Positions 42,434 through 56,202 of a stretch of DNA of 64,000 bases are shown here, in pieces. The stretch's first letter is position 1. Every line of letters begins with the position of its first letter. Made by a program: the position numbers and the translations under genes. The notes beneath the pieces are model-generated. The model was not told the origin of the DNA and did not search any database. It saw only the letters and a program-made list of their open reading frames with translations. Source of the DNA: Antechinus flavipes. Its lineage: Eukaryota. The stretch is taken from positions 185,318,001-185,382,000 of the forward strand of contig NC_067401.1 in NCBI RefSeq assembly GCF_016432865.1. Reading direction: 5' to 3'.

Positions 42434-42837
42434 AGATAAACAAACAGGCAAAATTTGATGGCATGGCATACAGGAATCCCTTAACCCACTACCCTGACCC
42501 CCCCCACCCCTACCCATCCCCATACAAAAAAAAACTTCCACCAAGTTCCATAAATATGGAAAGGGAAGTGCTCATTAACACCCTCTTACCACACTCCCTT
42601 CAGGATAGAGAAAGGAAAAGGGGTTCTCAGTGCCAATCCTACCCCCCCACAAATCAATAGGGATTTAAAAAAAAAAAAAAAACCAGAAACCAAGGGAAAC
42701 ATTTAAATATGAAAAACAAACAAATATATGAGAAAGTCACTGGGTCTAGGGAGAAAAAGGAATAGGTTTTTGGAGGTCAGAGAGGGTAAAGATGTTCTTC
42801 AGCCTTCACATAGGGTTGGGGGCCTGGCATCCAAGGC

Positions 42838-45800
42838 TCACACAGTGAGTTTGCAGTGACACAGTTCTTTGTAGATCTGCCGACGAAGTTTGGGCATGTC
42901 TTGCTGTGTGAAGCTGAAGGGCTGAGACAGGGCCAGGTACTTGCAATACTGGGTATGAAGTAAAAAAGGGACAGTGAGGGCAACAAAGGAAATAGTGAGA
43001 AAATTCTTAAGAGGATAATTGTTGTAGTCAATTAGAGGTCTTTCTGAGCTCAACAATATGAGGACTAGATATAGTCAATATTTTGAATCCCAATATAAGA
43101 GGCTAGAAAGCCACAAAGAAAAGGCTGAAGGAACAAAGCCCCTCTGGGATTTCTAAGGTGGTGGTGATACTCAGAGAAGGCCTGCTGTCATTCCTCATGT
43201 TTGAAATGACAAAATCCAGGGGAGAAGATAGTAATATGGTCTACCTACTGGCTCACCTGCAATACAAAGGCACCACAGTCACTGTCATTATTTTGTCTGG
43301 CCACATTCTGGTAAGAAGAAAAAGAATACATCAACTACGCCTGGAAGCTTTTGATATATAAGCTCTTTCCTCCCACACATTCAAGTACTATACTGATTTA
43401 CTCACCATTTTGAAATAACCCTTCCATCCCTGGTGGAAATCTAATCGATCCTTCTTTATTGCCTCAGCCTGTAGGTACTTAGCAATATGCTGAATTGGTA
43501 GGAAGAATATTAGCCAACAGTTATATAATAATTTAAGGTTCTAAAACACTTTAATTGCATTATCTCATATCATGTTGAAAATAATCCTCTAGGGGCAGCT
43601 AGGTGGCGCAGTTTGAACCCGAGTTCAAATCTGATCTCAGACACTTAAGCAAAAAAGAAAAGAACCCTCTAAAAACCATGGGTGGTATTATCTCAAATTT
43701 ACAGATGTGGAAACTGATGCTCAGGTCATTTTTTCTTTTCCTTTTTTTGAGGCAATTGGGATTAAGTGACTTGCCCAGTCACAAAGCTAGGAAATATTAA
43801 GTGTCTGAGGCCAAATTTCAACTCAAGTCCTCCAGACTTCAGGACTAGTGCTCTATCTACTTCGCCATATAGCTCCCTGGTCATAAGATTTTTTAACAGT
43901 AGTCACATAAGTGTCATATAGTTTAAAAAAAAGGAAAGTTTAAAAAAAAAGAACACTCTAATGTAATTCTCCTTTTGATTAACATCAAATCCTTCAATTT
44001 CTCAATATCAATAACTAGAGGTTATATCCGCTAGTATTAGGCTCATGTCACTTTTACCTCACCACTTCAATTTCTCACCTTGGGACATCTTCGGTTGAGG
44101 GTACGCTGTGAATCAAAATAAGTGATGGTCCGCTGCCTCACATCCACAGAAATGAGTGACCAGTGTACTTCCAAGTGGATAGGGATCAGTAGGAGTTCCT
44201 TATTGAAGATATCCACCTGGGAAAAGAAAATGAAATGTAAGCTAAGAATTTGGGGGGGGGGAGGAGACATCTGAGCTTTAGAAAGAAATTTGGAAGAAGT
44301 GCAAGCTGTATGTCCCATGGCTTTAAGGACCTAAACATCTATGTTAAAAAGGAATGAGCTGAATGCCTGGATCCCCCTGAGCTAGGTCTCATCTGAACAC
44401 AATTTCCTCTCCCCATCCCCCCATTCAGGATTTTGAGTTTTGTAGTGATGAATGTAGAAAGATATAAGGCAATGATGAACACAAAAGATGTTGAGAATCA
44501 TTCTGCTAATCATGGATTATATCTGCTCTTTGGCAGGGAATTTTTTGGGGAAGATCAGAAGAAAGTGAAAAAATGGAAGGAAGGGATAATGAGAAACAGA
44601 ATTACTCCTTAAAAGATAAGGAATATTACTGGTAGAGGGGAGAGAATAATTCTGAAACTCACATTTTTGGTCCACCTTTTTACTCCATCATAACCCTTGG
44701 TACGGAGTTTGTCATAGAAAAAACTGTTGAAGAAATGAACCTGTCGAAATGACACAAGAGCTGTTAAGAGTTACCTGAAATACTTAGGTCCCTAATACCT
44801 GATCCATCAAACAGTACTTACTCCCTCAAGAGATCTAGGCAATTGGTCCCTCAGCAATGAAACTTTCCTGACCCTTCTCTGGCATCCTATTTCCCACAAT
44901 CTTTTCCCTGTCTGGAGGGAAAAGCCACTCTTTAAATCTTTGGAATTTTGGGAAACTGGGGTCAGGATCTCTAATCCTAAATCTTATCCTACACTTTAAG
45001 TAGAGAAAGAAAAGAAGTAATAATAATTCTCTCCGTTTTTTTTTTCCTTCCCCAATTACTCCTTATGTCAAAAAATGAGAGGAGTGAAGAGTATGGGAAC
45101 ATCCTCAATTGTTTCAAAGACCAAGGTACAAACGAATAAAGAGGCTAATATCTAATAAAAAAAAGAGTCATTCTCCTTAGTAAGAAACCTTCGTAATATA
45201 CAGTTGATGTCCTTCAAAAAAGGACCATTTGTAGCATTGCATATATATATATATAAAATTGTGAGTTAAATATTACAGGCATTTCCCCCATTTTGTATAT
45301 GAACAATCTAAGTTTCAGAGAAGTTAAATGACTTACCCAGATTCACACAACTAGGGATAGGGAAAAGATAGGGTTTTAATTTTAAGTCCTAGCTGTTCAG
45401 ACCTCAAAGGTCAATAGTTCTGTTCACTTTTTTCCACTATACTTTGCTGTCTTCCCCCCAAAATAAAAATAAAAGATTTATGAGGTTTTCAGAACTGGAG
45501 ACTTCCCATTCTCCCAGACTTGAACAGGTTTACCTCTAATTCCCTTCCAATGCCAGTCTCCTCCTCCTTTGCCCATACCACATATTCTAGAGCCTATAGC
45601 AGGATCATCCTTCCTGGTCCTTGGAAAGAAAGGACAGGTGGTTGGCCTCTTAAAACAGCCTCCTGGTCACTGGCTCCTTAACAGAGAGGAAGAATAAGGG
45701 AGTCTTCTGCTGGCAGTCCATTTGCTCCTGTTTGCCCATGAAGCAGGGCAGAAGGAATTTTGAGCTAAAGTATATCTTCTTCCTTTCCTCTCTCCCATTC

Positions 45801-48800
45801 TCTTTGAAAGAAGCTCTTATAACTAGACCACCTGCTGCCAACTGGAAAGACCCAGTGTTAACTACTGTGCACACCATCTTTAGACCACCTTTCTCTGAAG
45901 CTCTTCTAGCCTACCTGAGCCTCAAATACCTCCAATTGCTCCTATACAAATAGCAAAGGACCTTTACCCCTTTTTAATTATAAGGTAAACTTCATGTAGA
46001 GAATGTAATTATTGAAGGTAAAACTGAAAGAGTTGCTACTTAGCATAGGGTAGAGTAATAGACTTGGATTTAGGAAGATCCCACTTCAAATCCTATCTCA
46101 CATACTTTACTAGCTGTATGATCCTAAATGATTTAAATTCTCTCATTCTCAGACCCCTCAGTAAAATGTGTCTAATAATAGCACAAATCTAGAACTGACA
46201 TCAGGATTAAATGAGATTATAATATGTAAAACAAGTTGCAAACTTTAAAGTGCTACATAAACACAGATCATTGTCATTGTTGGTTATTATTCTCCAGGGC
46301 AAACGTGGAAGTGTAACTGCCAGCAGGAGAAGTAATGGAGTATGAGGAAAACCTGTAAGAGATTGGGGGAAGGGGATGAAGGGAGAAGGTGTCTTTATGA
46401 ATGGACATTCAAAGGGAAAAAACACCAGTTTTCACCTTCTCAATTCCAAGATACCTAAAGGTCCACCTTTGATCCCTGTTTTCCCACAAGTCCCTATTCC
46501 CCTCAGGATATCTAATCTTCACCTCCTCTATAGTTTCTGGAGCTACAATTTCTTCTAGTCCCCTCCTTTTTCAAGTGGCTTCTGATAGGAGCTTAGCTTT
46601 CAATTTAAGAAATTCTTAAGAGGCTGAAAATGGTAAGGATGATAGGGTTGAGTTAGATGGGAGGTATATTGGCAGGGAGATGTTAGTTATTCCCTAATTA
46701 GGCCTGTTAAGTATGGACTTCATCAGTTATCTACCACTTCCTGTCTTTTCTTCAGGGAATCAGGAATTAATTCTCCCCAGGTTCAATCAGACCAGACATC
46801 TTGCCTTTGGATCAGCAGTATTGAAATAAACCTCTTTTCAGAGTTTTGTACAGAGAATAATCTAAGTATGGTAGAAACCTTCACCTCCCATTAGACATAT
46901 TACAAAAAGGTCAGTTCCTATTTCCATCTCCAGATCACATGAAATCAGATTATTTCACAGATGAGGAAATTAGGCAAACAGGGTGAAGTCATTTGCCCAG
47001 GGTCACACAGCTAGTAAATATCAGAAGCTATATTTGAACTCAAGTCTTCCTGACTCTAGGCCCAATCTTATTTACTCTATCCACTGTACCATGTTGCTAC
47101 CTTTTAAGGTCTCATTTTGTCTTAAATCTACAGTTCTTCTAAGGAAGGCCTTCCAAAGGTGTTTTTTGCCTGCTAAAAAATAGAATTGCCCCATTCCTCA
47201 TTCCTAATTGAAATGTTCTTCTACCACTATTTAAAAGTTCTACAATCACTCCCCTTTTTTCAATTTTTGTCCATTCCAACTCCAGGCTCATCTTAGAGCC
47301 TGAGACATTTGGTCCATCCTACCTTCTCTGGGACAGTGTCCATTACTAGGTCTCCATACATATTCATCACCTTTAGGAGATAAGATTAAAGAAGAAAATT
47401 ACATTAGAAGAGAATTTTTTTTAAAAAGCCCTAGAAACATTGTCCTTCCTCCTCCCACTACAAAGACAAGACCACTCAACCTGCCCTCTCCCCTTTTTCT
47501 AGAGAATATTCTATCCAAGGAACCCAGGTATCCTATTTCCAGACTTTCCTACCCTCAGAGATCACAAAATCTCATGGATAGAATAGAACTCAGAGATCAC
47601 CTGGTCCAACCTGTACCTAAATAAGATCCATGTATCCTATCCCAGATCCTCACCCAACTCTATCCCTCACCTGGTCATTAAGCCAGTTCTGCCCGTACAA
47701 GGTCCCCAGGTCATCCATGGTCAGCACATGCCGCTTATAGGCCACACGAAAGCCTCTCACCATAGCATTGCCTGGCATACGCTGGTATGACTGGATCAGC
47801 TGCTGAACTAACCCTTTTCTGGTAAGGTCCAAGAATTGGTGACACAAGAAAAATGAGACAGGCAGAGAAGTGCTAAACAACACAAAATCCCTCCTAAACC
47901 ACTGTCTCTTCTCTCCCCTCCCACATCTTCCTTTCAACATTGTCTGCAGGTTTTATTACCAAGTATCCCATTCTTAGTTCCCTGAGATTCACACATCATG
48001 CCTTCCCCCCTCCCTAAGTCTTTGGTTCCCTCCTCCTGGGCAAAAATAGTTTCCCCCTCTTCCAGTACCTATCCCAAAACACAGCTACTTAATTTGGAAG
48101 CATTAAAATTCTAGTTAGTAAAATAAATCAATAAAATAAAATTCTAGTTAGTAATCTAGCAAAGGGCATATGCCGAGGCTCACCTAGAAGGTGTGGAGAA
48201 CTCTTGCTGGAAAATATCTTCTAGTTTCTCTACCACTTCATCTGTGCTAAGAGGAATGAGGCTGCCATAGGTCTGAAGGAATTCATCTAAGATGCCTAGG
48301 AGAGGGGAGAAGGGACTAAGTGAATTGGGCCTCTGCACTCCAATTTGAAAACAAATGCAAAACACTAGAACTCAGAAGAAAACTCTTGTTCTGAACCCAA
48401 GGGTACCAGGCATCTCCTTACTCTGTACACATGTTACATGCTCCTCCCCAAGGGGGCTATGCGGTCCAGCCTTTTCTCCTGGATGCTCCTGCTCCTCGGC
48501 AGCTCCTACTTCAGCTCCTTGAAACAGTTCTTGGGCAGTCCGGTCTCCAATACTGCATACATTACTGATAAGGATGCTAGCATCGGGAGGTGCCAGACCC
48601 ATTTCTCCATCCAGTCCAGATGTTCCCCCAAAGCCATTAGGAAGAGAGCATGGAAGGAGACCTACATAGTAAAGAGAAAATTTGGGCAAGATAAGATTGG
48701 GGTAAACAGCAATAGGGAAAGAAGTTGGACTAAATTTTAAAAAGCCAGGAAATGGAAGAACAAAAGTAATTAGCAAAGATAGACAGCCATTGGGAAAGAA

Positions 48801-50049
48801 AGAAGTAAATAAAAAGAAAATGGGGAAAGAGGCAGAAAGTGATATTAATTGAGCTGAAAGAATTCCTTTTAGGTGAGGGAGTAAATAAAACTGGTTCCCT
48901 TCATCAAAAAGATGTTCTTTCCACTCCAGAACACATTTCCTTCCCAAGAAGGCAACCCAATAACCTCACTTTCACCAATATTGAATCCAGGCCTGACTTT
49001 CTGCCATAGCCTCAGATTCCCAAGTGTGACCCAGACAAAACATCAAGTATAACTGCATTCCCCATCATCTTTGATTGCTATGCTGACATTCAGAATTTCT
49101 ATCCTCTAGACCCCATCATCCAGTCTCACCACTCATCTAAGAATCAAGTATTTAATAAATGTCCCATTCCCCCCAACACACACATCCATCCCCAATTCAA
49201 ATATCCTATCCCTGAGAATCACCTTGCCCTTTGACTCTCCCAGCTAACATTTCTTTCAGTAGTCATTCCAGGCATTCTGGTTTCCCCGACCTCAAGTCCA
49301 TGACATCTTGCTCTGCTTAATCCTCTTCTGTCCTACCTACCTGCATCAACTTCCAAAGGCTGGGGGGACCTCTGGGTCCACTCATGTCCATCTTCCTCCT
49401 GAGATGACCCACTGGGCAATGTGGGAGATCCCCTAACCCCTTCTTCAGCCATCAATGCCCCTAAAAGCCCCAGCCCAGCTTGAGGAGGTCCCCTTGGTGA
49501 GTCAAGCCTGCAGCTGGGGGATGTGGTAGGAGGGGCTACTCCTCCTTCCCGGGGAAGGAGAAGGTTCTTAGGATGTGGAGGACCCCGCCGCCGACCCCTC
49601 AGTCGACCCCACAGCTTCCAGTGGAATGTCAAGGAGGAGCTTTTAGAGTACAGCAGCATTCGAAAAGCTCTCATAGCTCGACGGCGCCGCTGAGAACAAG
49701 CTCTACGGGGTGGAGGACGGGAAGGACGGGGATGCTGAGGTGTTCCTAGCTGGCCCCAGCCTGAGGGAAGTCCCCAGGCCACCACCTCCTCTTCCTCCTC
49801 CTCTTCTTCATCCTCCTCATCATCTTCTTCACTGGCTGAAGCATCAAAAGAGGGGCGAGGGGTAGGGAGTCGATGGGCAGGAACTGTGGTCCCAGTCCCT
49901 TTGTCTGGACCAAACCCCCCACCTGACTTTAGCAGTGGTTTAGGAGGGGGAGGCCAACGAAGGCGCTCTCGACGGGGAGATGGAAAGATGGGGGATGTTC
50001 CAGGGTTAGCTGGCCTCCAGGGCCGATTCCCTTGGAAGGTCTCTTTCAT
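42838..50049 (-). CDS. SENP3: SUMO-specific peptidase 3 (C48 cysteine protease), 572 aa
   Basis: Coding exons (-) 50049-49341, 48661-48422, 48295-48184, 47818-47671, 47370-47323, 44740-44663, 44216-44079, 43489-43406, 43307-43257, 42948-42838; 1719 nt. Acidic tract; catalytic HW, D and [14 protein letters not shown] at 42325-42320 (-). Confidence 0.97.
43592..43877. mobile_element. Two marsupial SINE fragments in SENP3 intron (plus-strand 5' piece 43592-43650; minus-strand copy about 43740-43877)
   Basis: GGGGCAGCTAGGTGGCGCAGT...GAGTTCAAATCTGATCTCAGACACTT, and the reverse-complement AAGTGACTTGCCCAG...AAGTGTCTGAGGCCAAATTT...GTGCTCTATC. Confidence 0.7.
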
Positions 50050-51479
50050 CTTCAAGTAACCTTTAGGAAGAAAGAGAGTAAGTCACTATCTAAGCATTCT
50101 GCTATCAGTACCTTGCCCTTTGCCTCTCCCAGCTAACATTTCTTTCAAAAAAGAAAATGTCCTGTCCTATATAACAACTCATTTTTGAGTTGTGGTTTAA
50201 GATTTACAATACTTTCCTCATAATTCTCTAAGATAGAAAATTAGAAAAAAATCAAGAGCAAGACATATGGGAGGCAAAACTCCACATAACAAGATTACTT
50301 CGTCCTTCACATCTCCATGATAGGCAGAGTATTCAGCTGTGAGATTTCTCACCAACATTTGAATTATTAGTTATCCAGATTGTGAACTGGAAATATTTTT
50401 TTTTAAATAAGTGACTTTAAAGGCCACTACTCCTTGGATGAAATAGCTTTCCCCTTAATCCAAGGGTTTCTCCTTCAAATAAGGATCCCACCCTACTGAA
50501 AAGGACAAATGCTAATTTTTCCTCTTGAAAAGTTCTCACTTCAAAGCCTTCTGTCACAAGGCCTCTCTACTTCAACTTTCACCTTTTAAATTCTTTCTCC
50601 TCCCAAACCTATCCTTTTAAACAAAGGGAACTTAGGTCAGGCAACAGGAGTTAACAGGGGTGGTGTGGGATCTATTCACCAAAAGAACAAGTTTCTCTGT
50701 TTTAATGACAATAAGGTATAGTCTTCTAAGTATACTGTGAGAATGATTAATAGTGAATGATTAATAGTTAGGACTTGAATTCTGAGGGAATGACAAGCTG
50801 AAAAATTCTACCTCTGAGACTTAAAGAGAAGGGGGCCAATGTCCTCAAAAAGATGCAAAGTTTACAGATGACTACTAAAAGAAGCTTGGTTAAAATGTGA
50901 AACTCTTTTGAAGAGATAAAATTACTTCTCTCTGGGAAGGGAAAGGGAGTTGATGCTAGAATATGAAAATTACTTTAGTGAAAGAGAATTTTGAATAAAT
51001 CTAGAAAAAGGAAATCAGGTGTTAAGATAGGAAATAATTAGAATGGGGGGAGGGGCAAGAGAAAATACATTAAGATAAAATACAAATAAGGGAAATAAAA
51101 ACCCTGAAGCCTCCCCATTCTTGCATCCACCTCTGCCCTTCGTCACTTTTCATTATCCCCTCTAATGCTCCCCCCTCTAAGTGCTGTATCTTCAAGCTCC
51201 ACACTGTTTCTGGCCGCCGCCATCACCACCCCCCTCCCCCAGTTCCTTTTATCAAAACCTGAAAATGCTTCATTCTCTGGACATCGGGAATCCCAAAAAG
51301 TCCGCGATGTTGGGTTGGGGCTAAAAGAAGGGGGAGGGGTGGCGAGGTTCAGCTTGTAGAGCTCTACCTAAGGGGAAAAGCCCTTCCTATGGGGTAAGGA
51401 AGGGGGCAGTGGGAAGGAGGGGGGAGAGCTCATTCTGGCTACGGGGGTTGAGAACGAAGGGGGGGATCCAGTACTCGAT

Positions 51480-52400
51480 TTTGGGCAAACGCTCCAGCTC
51501 CACTTCGACCTCCTATCTCACATCTCACCCCGGAAAAAGGCAGTAGCCCCTCAAGCACGGGTGTGGTTAGTGCTGAGCATTCTGAGAGGGGAGGGGTCTC
51601 GCGGCCGAGTCCTCACCAAGGGAGCAGGAAGGGGAGCTGGAAGAGTAACGGGGAGGGAAAGGGAGGTGGGCCCAGGCGTCTCAGTCTCCCCAGCTCATCC
51701 CGGCAGCAGCTCCTTTTTCTCCCTCTTGTCGCTCACGGGACTGAGCGCTTCGCCTCCTCTGCTCGAGCTCACGTTCCTCGGCTTTGCAACCGCCACCGCC
51801 TCCTTCGTTCCCACCACCGCTACCTTTCCCCTTTTCTTCTTTCCCTTTTTTTTCCCCCTCCTCCTCCTCTTTCCTCCCCACCTCCTTCTCCCCTCACCTT
51901 CTCTCCTCTCCTCTCCTTTTTTCTCCTCTCCCCTCCCCTCTTTTTCCCTCCCCTCCCCTCCCCTCCCGCGAGCCCCTGGGCCACCGGGATTAAAGCGGCG
52001 CCGGATTAATACATCACTACCTGCCAGCGCGCAAGCGCAAATGTACTTCACTTCTCAAACGATACCCCGCCTGGCCTAAGGCCTGGTCCCGCCTTCTTCC
52101 CATAAGCACCTTGCGCAGCAGTCCACGCCCACGGCGACACTAGACTGCGCATGCACCTCTAGAAGTCCGCCCACTTCTCCATAGATCCCTTCCCCTCCTC
52201 CCCACACTTCTTACTCGGTCCCAACCGCCCCTTCCAGGGAGTGGAGGGGAGCGGAATGGATCGTTCCGGGATGCCCTCAGCCACGAAACCCAGGCTCAAA
52301 CTGATTGGGCGAAGGGAAGAGCTGTCCTGGGAGCACTTAGGGACTGACCTCAGGGTCAGACTATGTGGAAGCGGGCGGAGGCAACCCAAGTAGGGATGAT
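51480..52400 (-). promoter_or_regulatory. SENP3 CpG island with non-coding exon 1
   Basis: CpG-rich; NRF1-like TGCGCATGCA at about 52146-52155; GC box; candidate donors (plus-strand CTCACC) near 51524 and 51612; the first coding exon has an acceptor at 50060. Confidence 0.7.
51790..51970. repeat. Polypyrimidine/polypurine low-complexity tract in SENP3 exon 1 region
   Basis: About 180 nt of almost pure C/T on the plus strand (ctcctctcc, ctcccctccc units). Confidence 0.8.
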
Positions 52401-53879
52401 TGTAGAGGGACTCTTTCTACGAGTCCAAACCCTAAGTAATAAAGGCCGATTCAAGCAGAGATGTCTGGACACGTAGCATCCAGCCCCATAGCATTCTGAG
52501 TAAATGTTTTATTTACTGAACGAATGAATGAAGATGAGAGGAAGAGGCTCTTCATAAGAAGAAGGCATGGACCAGTTCTCCTGGGAAATGAAGCAGTAGA
52601 CTAGACACCTATAATCTTTTTTTTCCAGTTTTGAAGAAATATGCCCTGGAATGGTTCTAGGGATGAGAATCAATCAATGGGATCAAATGAGAAATTTTTG
52701 AGAATGAAATGAAAAAAGTAAACCACTTTGCAAAGCCAAGGGGCAGATTAATGAGGCACCATTAATAGAACATATTGTGGTGGGGTTAAGAACCGAAATT
52801 GATTGGGTTGTAGGGCCAAATAAACTGGTTGGATTTAGATGGTAATTAAGGACTAGGACGATAGTTGGGTTGAGGAAAATTGGGGAACTGAGTTAGGAAG
52901 TGCACTGGGAGAAGTAATTGGAGCAGACTGCTAAAATCACTTTTATTTGATACATGTTAAGACCAAGTGATGGACAAAAAGGAGAGCTTATCAGGGATTG
53001 TTTGTGGGGATTGTTTAGATATGGCGTGAAGTCCACTGAGTTGCCTTCAGGTGTGAGGTCTTTAAAGTCTGCTTAGGGATATGGAATGGAGCATAATGAT
53101 ACAAAAGCAAGAAAGATTGTAAATTAAGTATCCAAAGCAAGGAATGTAATATTGAAGGATATGGGGGAGGAGGGGAGGTTATTTAATATCTGTGTGATCT
53201 TGAGTGGGTTATCCTAATGTTTTGGACTCATTTCCTTATTTGTAAAATCTAGCTTTAAAATCTATAATTGTCTGACATTGCCAAATGTAAAATATCATGT
53301 GCATAGATGTTAGTATCACAGATTTAGATCTTTGTGGTTCTTTCATTTTACAGATGAGAAAACAGTTCCAAAGGGTGTGACTATTTAAATACTTTTACAG
53401 TGAGGAGGATGAAGTATGTGGTAAGCAAATCTGAGAATGGTACATCAAGTGAACAAATGAGGCATTATAAAATGTGTAAAAATGGACTCTGAAGTCAGGA
53501 GTTATGGAATATGGTTGAGTAGGAATATATTTAATATTTTGGACAAGGCATTGTGGAGTTCAATACACTGAGAGAATAATGTCACCAATTTGCCACTAGG
53601 CGGTACTGCTGTTGTGGAAGAATTGTAGCAGTACAGTATAGGTTGGAGAGTAAGATGCAGTAAAGAATTGGGGTCCAGAAGGAGATCAGATCCTTTATAC
53701 TTCTGCCCCAAATTTGTCTGTAGGAGTAGGGAGAAAAGAAGGAAGAATAGAAGGAAAAGGGACAAGGGAGAGAATTAGGTCAAAATCTGGAAGTAATCTG
53801 TGTTCTAAAGTACCAGGCCTTTGCCTAGTCTACCCTTTGGTTGAGCATATATATATCTATGTTAATCTCTTCTCAAAGC

Positions 53880-56202
53880 TCAGAGTTTCACTAAACCCAA
53901 GAAAGTGCCATGGGGAGTGAGATCAAGTTTAGCTCCTGCCCGAGGAATTGTGAGACTCAAAATGTCCCCTTGGTATAACTGGAACACACCTGAGAAGGGG
54001 AGAAATCGTAAAAACACCTCAGACAACCACATACCCCTTTCAAAGACCCAGATGTGTTATCACTTTCCTCCTCTTTAGTCCATAGTTCTCTGCATCCCTT
54101 CTCCTCTCATCAACTCCCCAAGCAATCAGGGTTAAATGACTTGCTCAGGGTCACACAGTTAAGTGTTAACTGAGGCCAGATTTTGAACTCAAGTCCTAAT
54201 TCCAGGGATGGTGCTCTATCCCACTATACCACCTAGCTACTCTAAACTATATCACTTTTTAAATCATCTCCCAATACCTATTTGTCTTACCCCCCTTTTT
54301 TTCCTACTTTTTTCTCTCAAACATCCCAGATATCCCCAGTTTTTTCCTGATAATGGACATTTCTTCTCCCCACATCCCTACTAAGACTCAGGAATTTTTT
54401 CCTAGTTCGCTCTTCTGAGCCTTCATCTTTTCCCCCTCACCTGCAGTATAGCAGCTGTTATAGGCTTGGTGGAGATTGGAGGGCATGCTACAGACACATC
54501 GGGATAGGATCTCTCTTCCTTGCCCCTCCCGATAAACCACCTGGCCCATGGTGAAAGTTACATCATGAAACAATACCTGGCAGATCAGAGTAGTAGGGAG
54601 AAAAAAAAAGCCATTAAAGAAGGCAGTACTTTGAAGTTTCTGAATCAGCCAAAAAAGAGATAGACTTCTGTTGTGGTATGAGGTAGAAAAGGGTCTTCTA
54701 TATCCTGATCTGAGCAGGGACTAGGATATATTGACTCTGATCCCAAGGGAACCAAGAATTCTCAGGAATGTGATGGAGCACATATGACCTTATAAGTATG
54801 TATGGGGTCTTTATAGCATTTTATTCCTTTATGGCAGAAATAATTAAACTGAGGGATTTCAGGATATCAATTAATGTAGATGGGGGAAAATTAGATTTTT
54901 ACTTCAATATAATTGGTTTTCTTTGTAATCTTATGTATATTACATATTTAAAACATTCTGAGAAAGGCTTTCAAGGGTATCACCAAACTGCCAAAGAAGT
55001 ACACCACCCCCCAAAAAAAGTTAAGAACCCCTGCTGTGGAATCAAAGTATCTCAGAGGCTACCTGGCTGTACAGGAGATACATTCCAGTTTCCCGGACTC
55101 CAACAACATGTCCTTGTGGTTCCAGACCTCCACCATGCCTCAGTGCTGGTTCCCACATTATCTCTGTCACATCAGAATCCTCTGGAGGTAAGGGGTAGCG
55201 TGGCTATCAGAAGAACTCCCTATAACTCTAAGACTTTCCCATCCCACAGCTTCTACTCCCCTTGGGGACCCATGAATCCATCCCCTTTACTCCAATTTTC
55301 CTTGCCTCCTTAAGCCATATCCAAAATGATACTCACCTCTGGAAGTACTGTTAATAGGAATAAGGTGCAAAACTGAACGTTTTCCTAAGGGAGAAAAAGG
55401 GGTGCTTTCAGCTGTATCACCTACTCTTTGCCCTGAACTCTAGTCCCATTCCTCCTCAACCTTAAAACTGAGAGTCAGTCCCCATGGTCTTTGTTGCTTC
55501 CCCATGAGTTCTCACTCTTGTACTGATGTTCTTGGGTGAGGACTTCTCTCTTCCTTCTAGTTATTTCCTCATCCTTCAAAGCTTCCATTTCATCAGTGCC
55601 CTGCTTATAGGAAAAGAATCAGGATTAAACTGAATCCCAGGGATCCAGCTCCATTAAATTTCTCCTTCCTCACCCCCCCACCCCCCAAACAACCTATTCT
55701 CTGAGACACATCTGCTACACTCCTTTTCTAGCTTCAAATGTTCAGCCTAATGGCTGTATTCCAGCATCGGCTACATTTGATAAGCTTTTACTGAAAACCT
55801 GGATTTTCCCTTGACTTCCAAACCAGACTGCTTCCCACTTTAGGGTTAGGAGTTCAGATTGTAATGGGGCCTGAAAAGGCAGAGATTAACCAACTGCCAA
55901 CTGCACAGGAATTCAGCTTACCCCAGTCCCATTTTTCCAATGTCCCTCATTTTTCCATCACTCACCTGTTTGTGGAGGATCAGCAAAGGATGCCTATCTC
56001 CCTTCTGATGAGACCCTCCATTCCCTTTCAGCTGGGCCACCTCTCCCCTCAGGGTCTGGAGCTCTGCTTGCTGAGTTAGTAGTGCCACTGCACAGGCTGC
56101 TACCCCTAAAGCTGTCCCCCAACTCAACCAAAGGGAAACCAAGAATGCTGGGTCTCGGCTTGGACCCCCAGGGAGGGGCTTGGGAGATAGTAAAGGAGAC
56201 AT
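53880..56202 (-). CDS. TNFSF13: TNF superfamily member 13 (APRIL), 244 aa
   Basis: Exons (-) 56202-55966, 55600-55516, 55384-55337, 55181-55063, 54576-54441, 53989-53880; 735 nt. LWLSWGTALG TM segment, furin site RRKR, SVLHLIP, YLLYSQVLFHDVTFTMGQVV, AYNSCY, HGTFLGLVKL*. Confidence 0.95.
54120..54245 (-). mobile_element. Marsupial SINE in TNFSF13 intron 5
   Basis: GGTTAAATGACTTGCTCAGGGTCACACAG...TGAGGCCAGATTTTGAACTCAAGTC...GTGCTCTATCCCACTATACCACCTAGCT. Confidence 0.7.
54850..55033. mobile_element. hAT-like DNA transposon fragment in TNFSF13 intron 4
   Basis: Ends in AAAGTTAAGAACCCCTG (reverse complement CAGGGGTTCTTAAC, a hAT TIR type); left TIR not found. Confidence 0.5.

Noticed and set aside
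51561-52079. Several 66-172 aa ORFs in the SENP3 CpG island
   Set aside because: Translations of a polypyrimidine/polypurine tract lacking stop codons.
53990-54019. Alternative AG at 54018 for APRIL last exon
   Set aside because: Out of frame with the TNF domain; the 53989 acceptor gives the canonical C-terminus.
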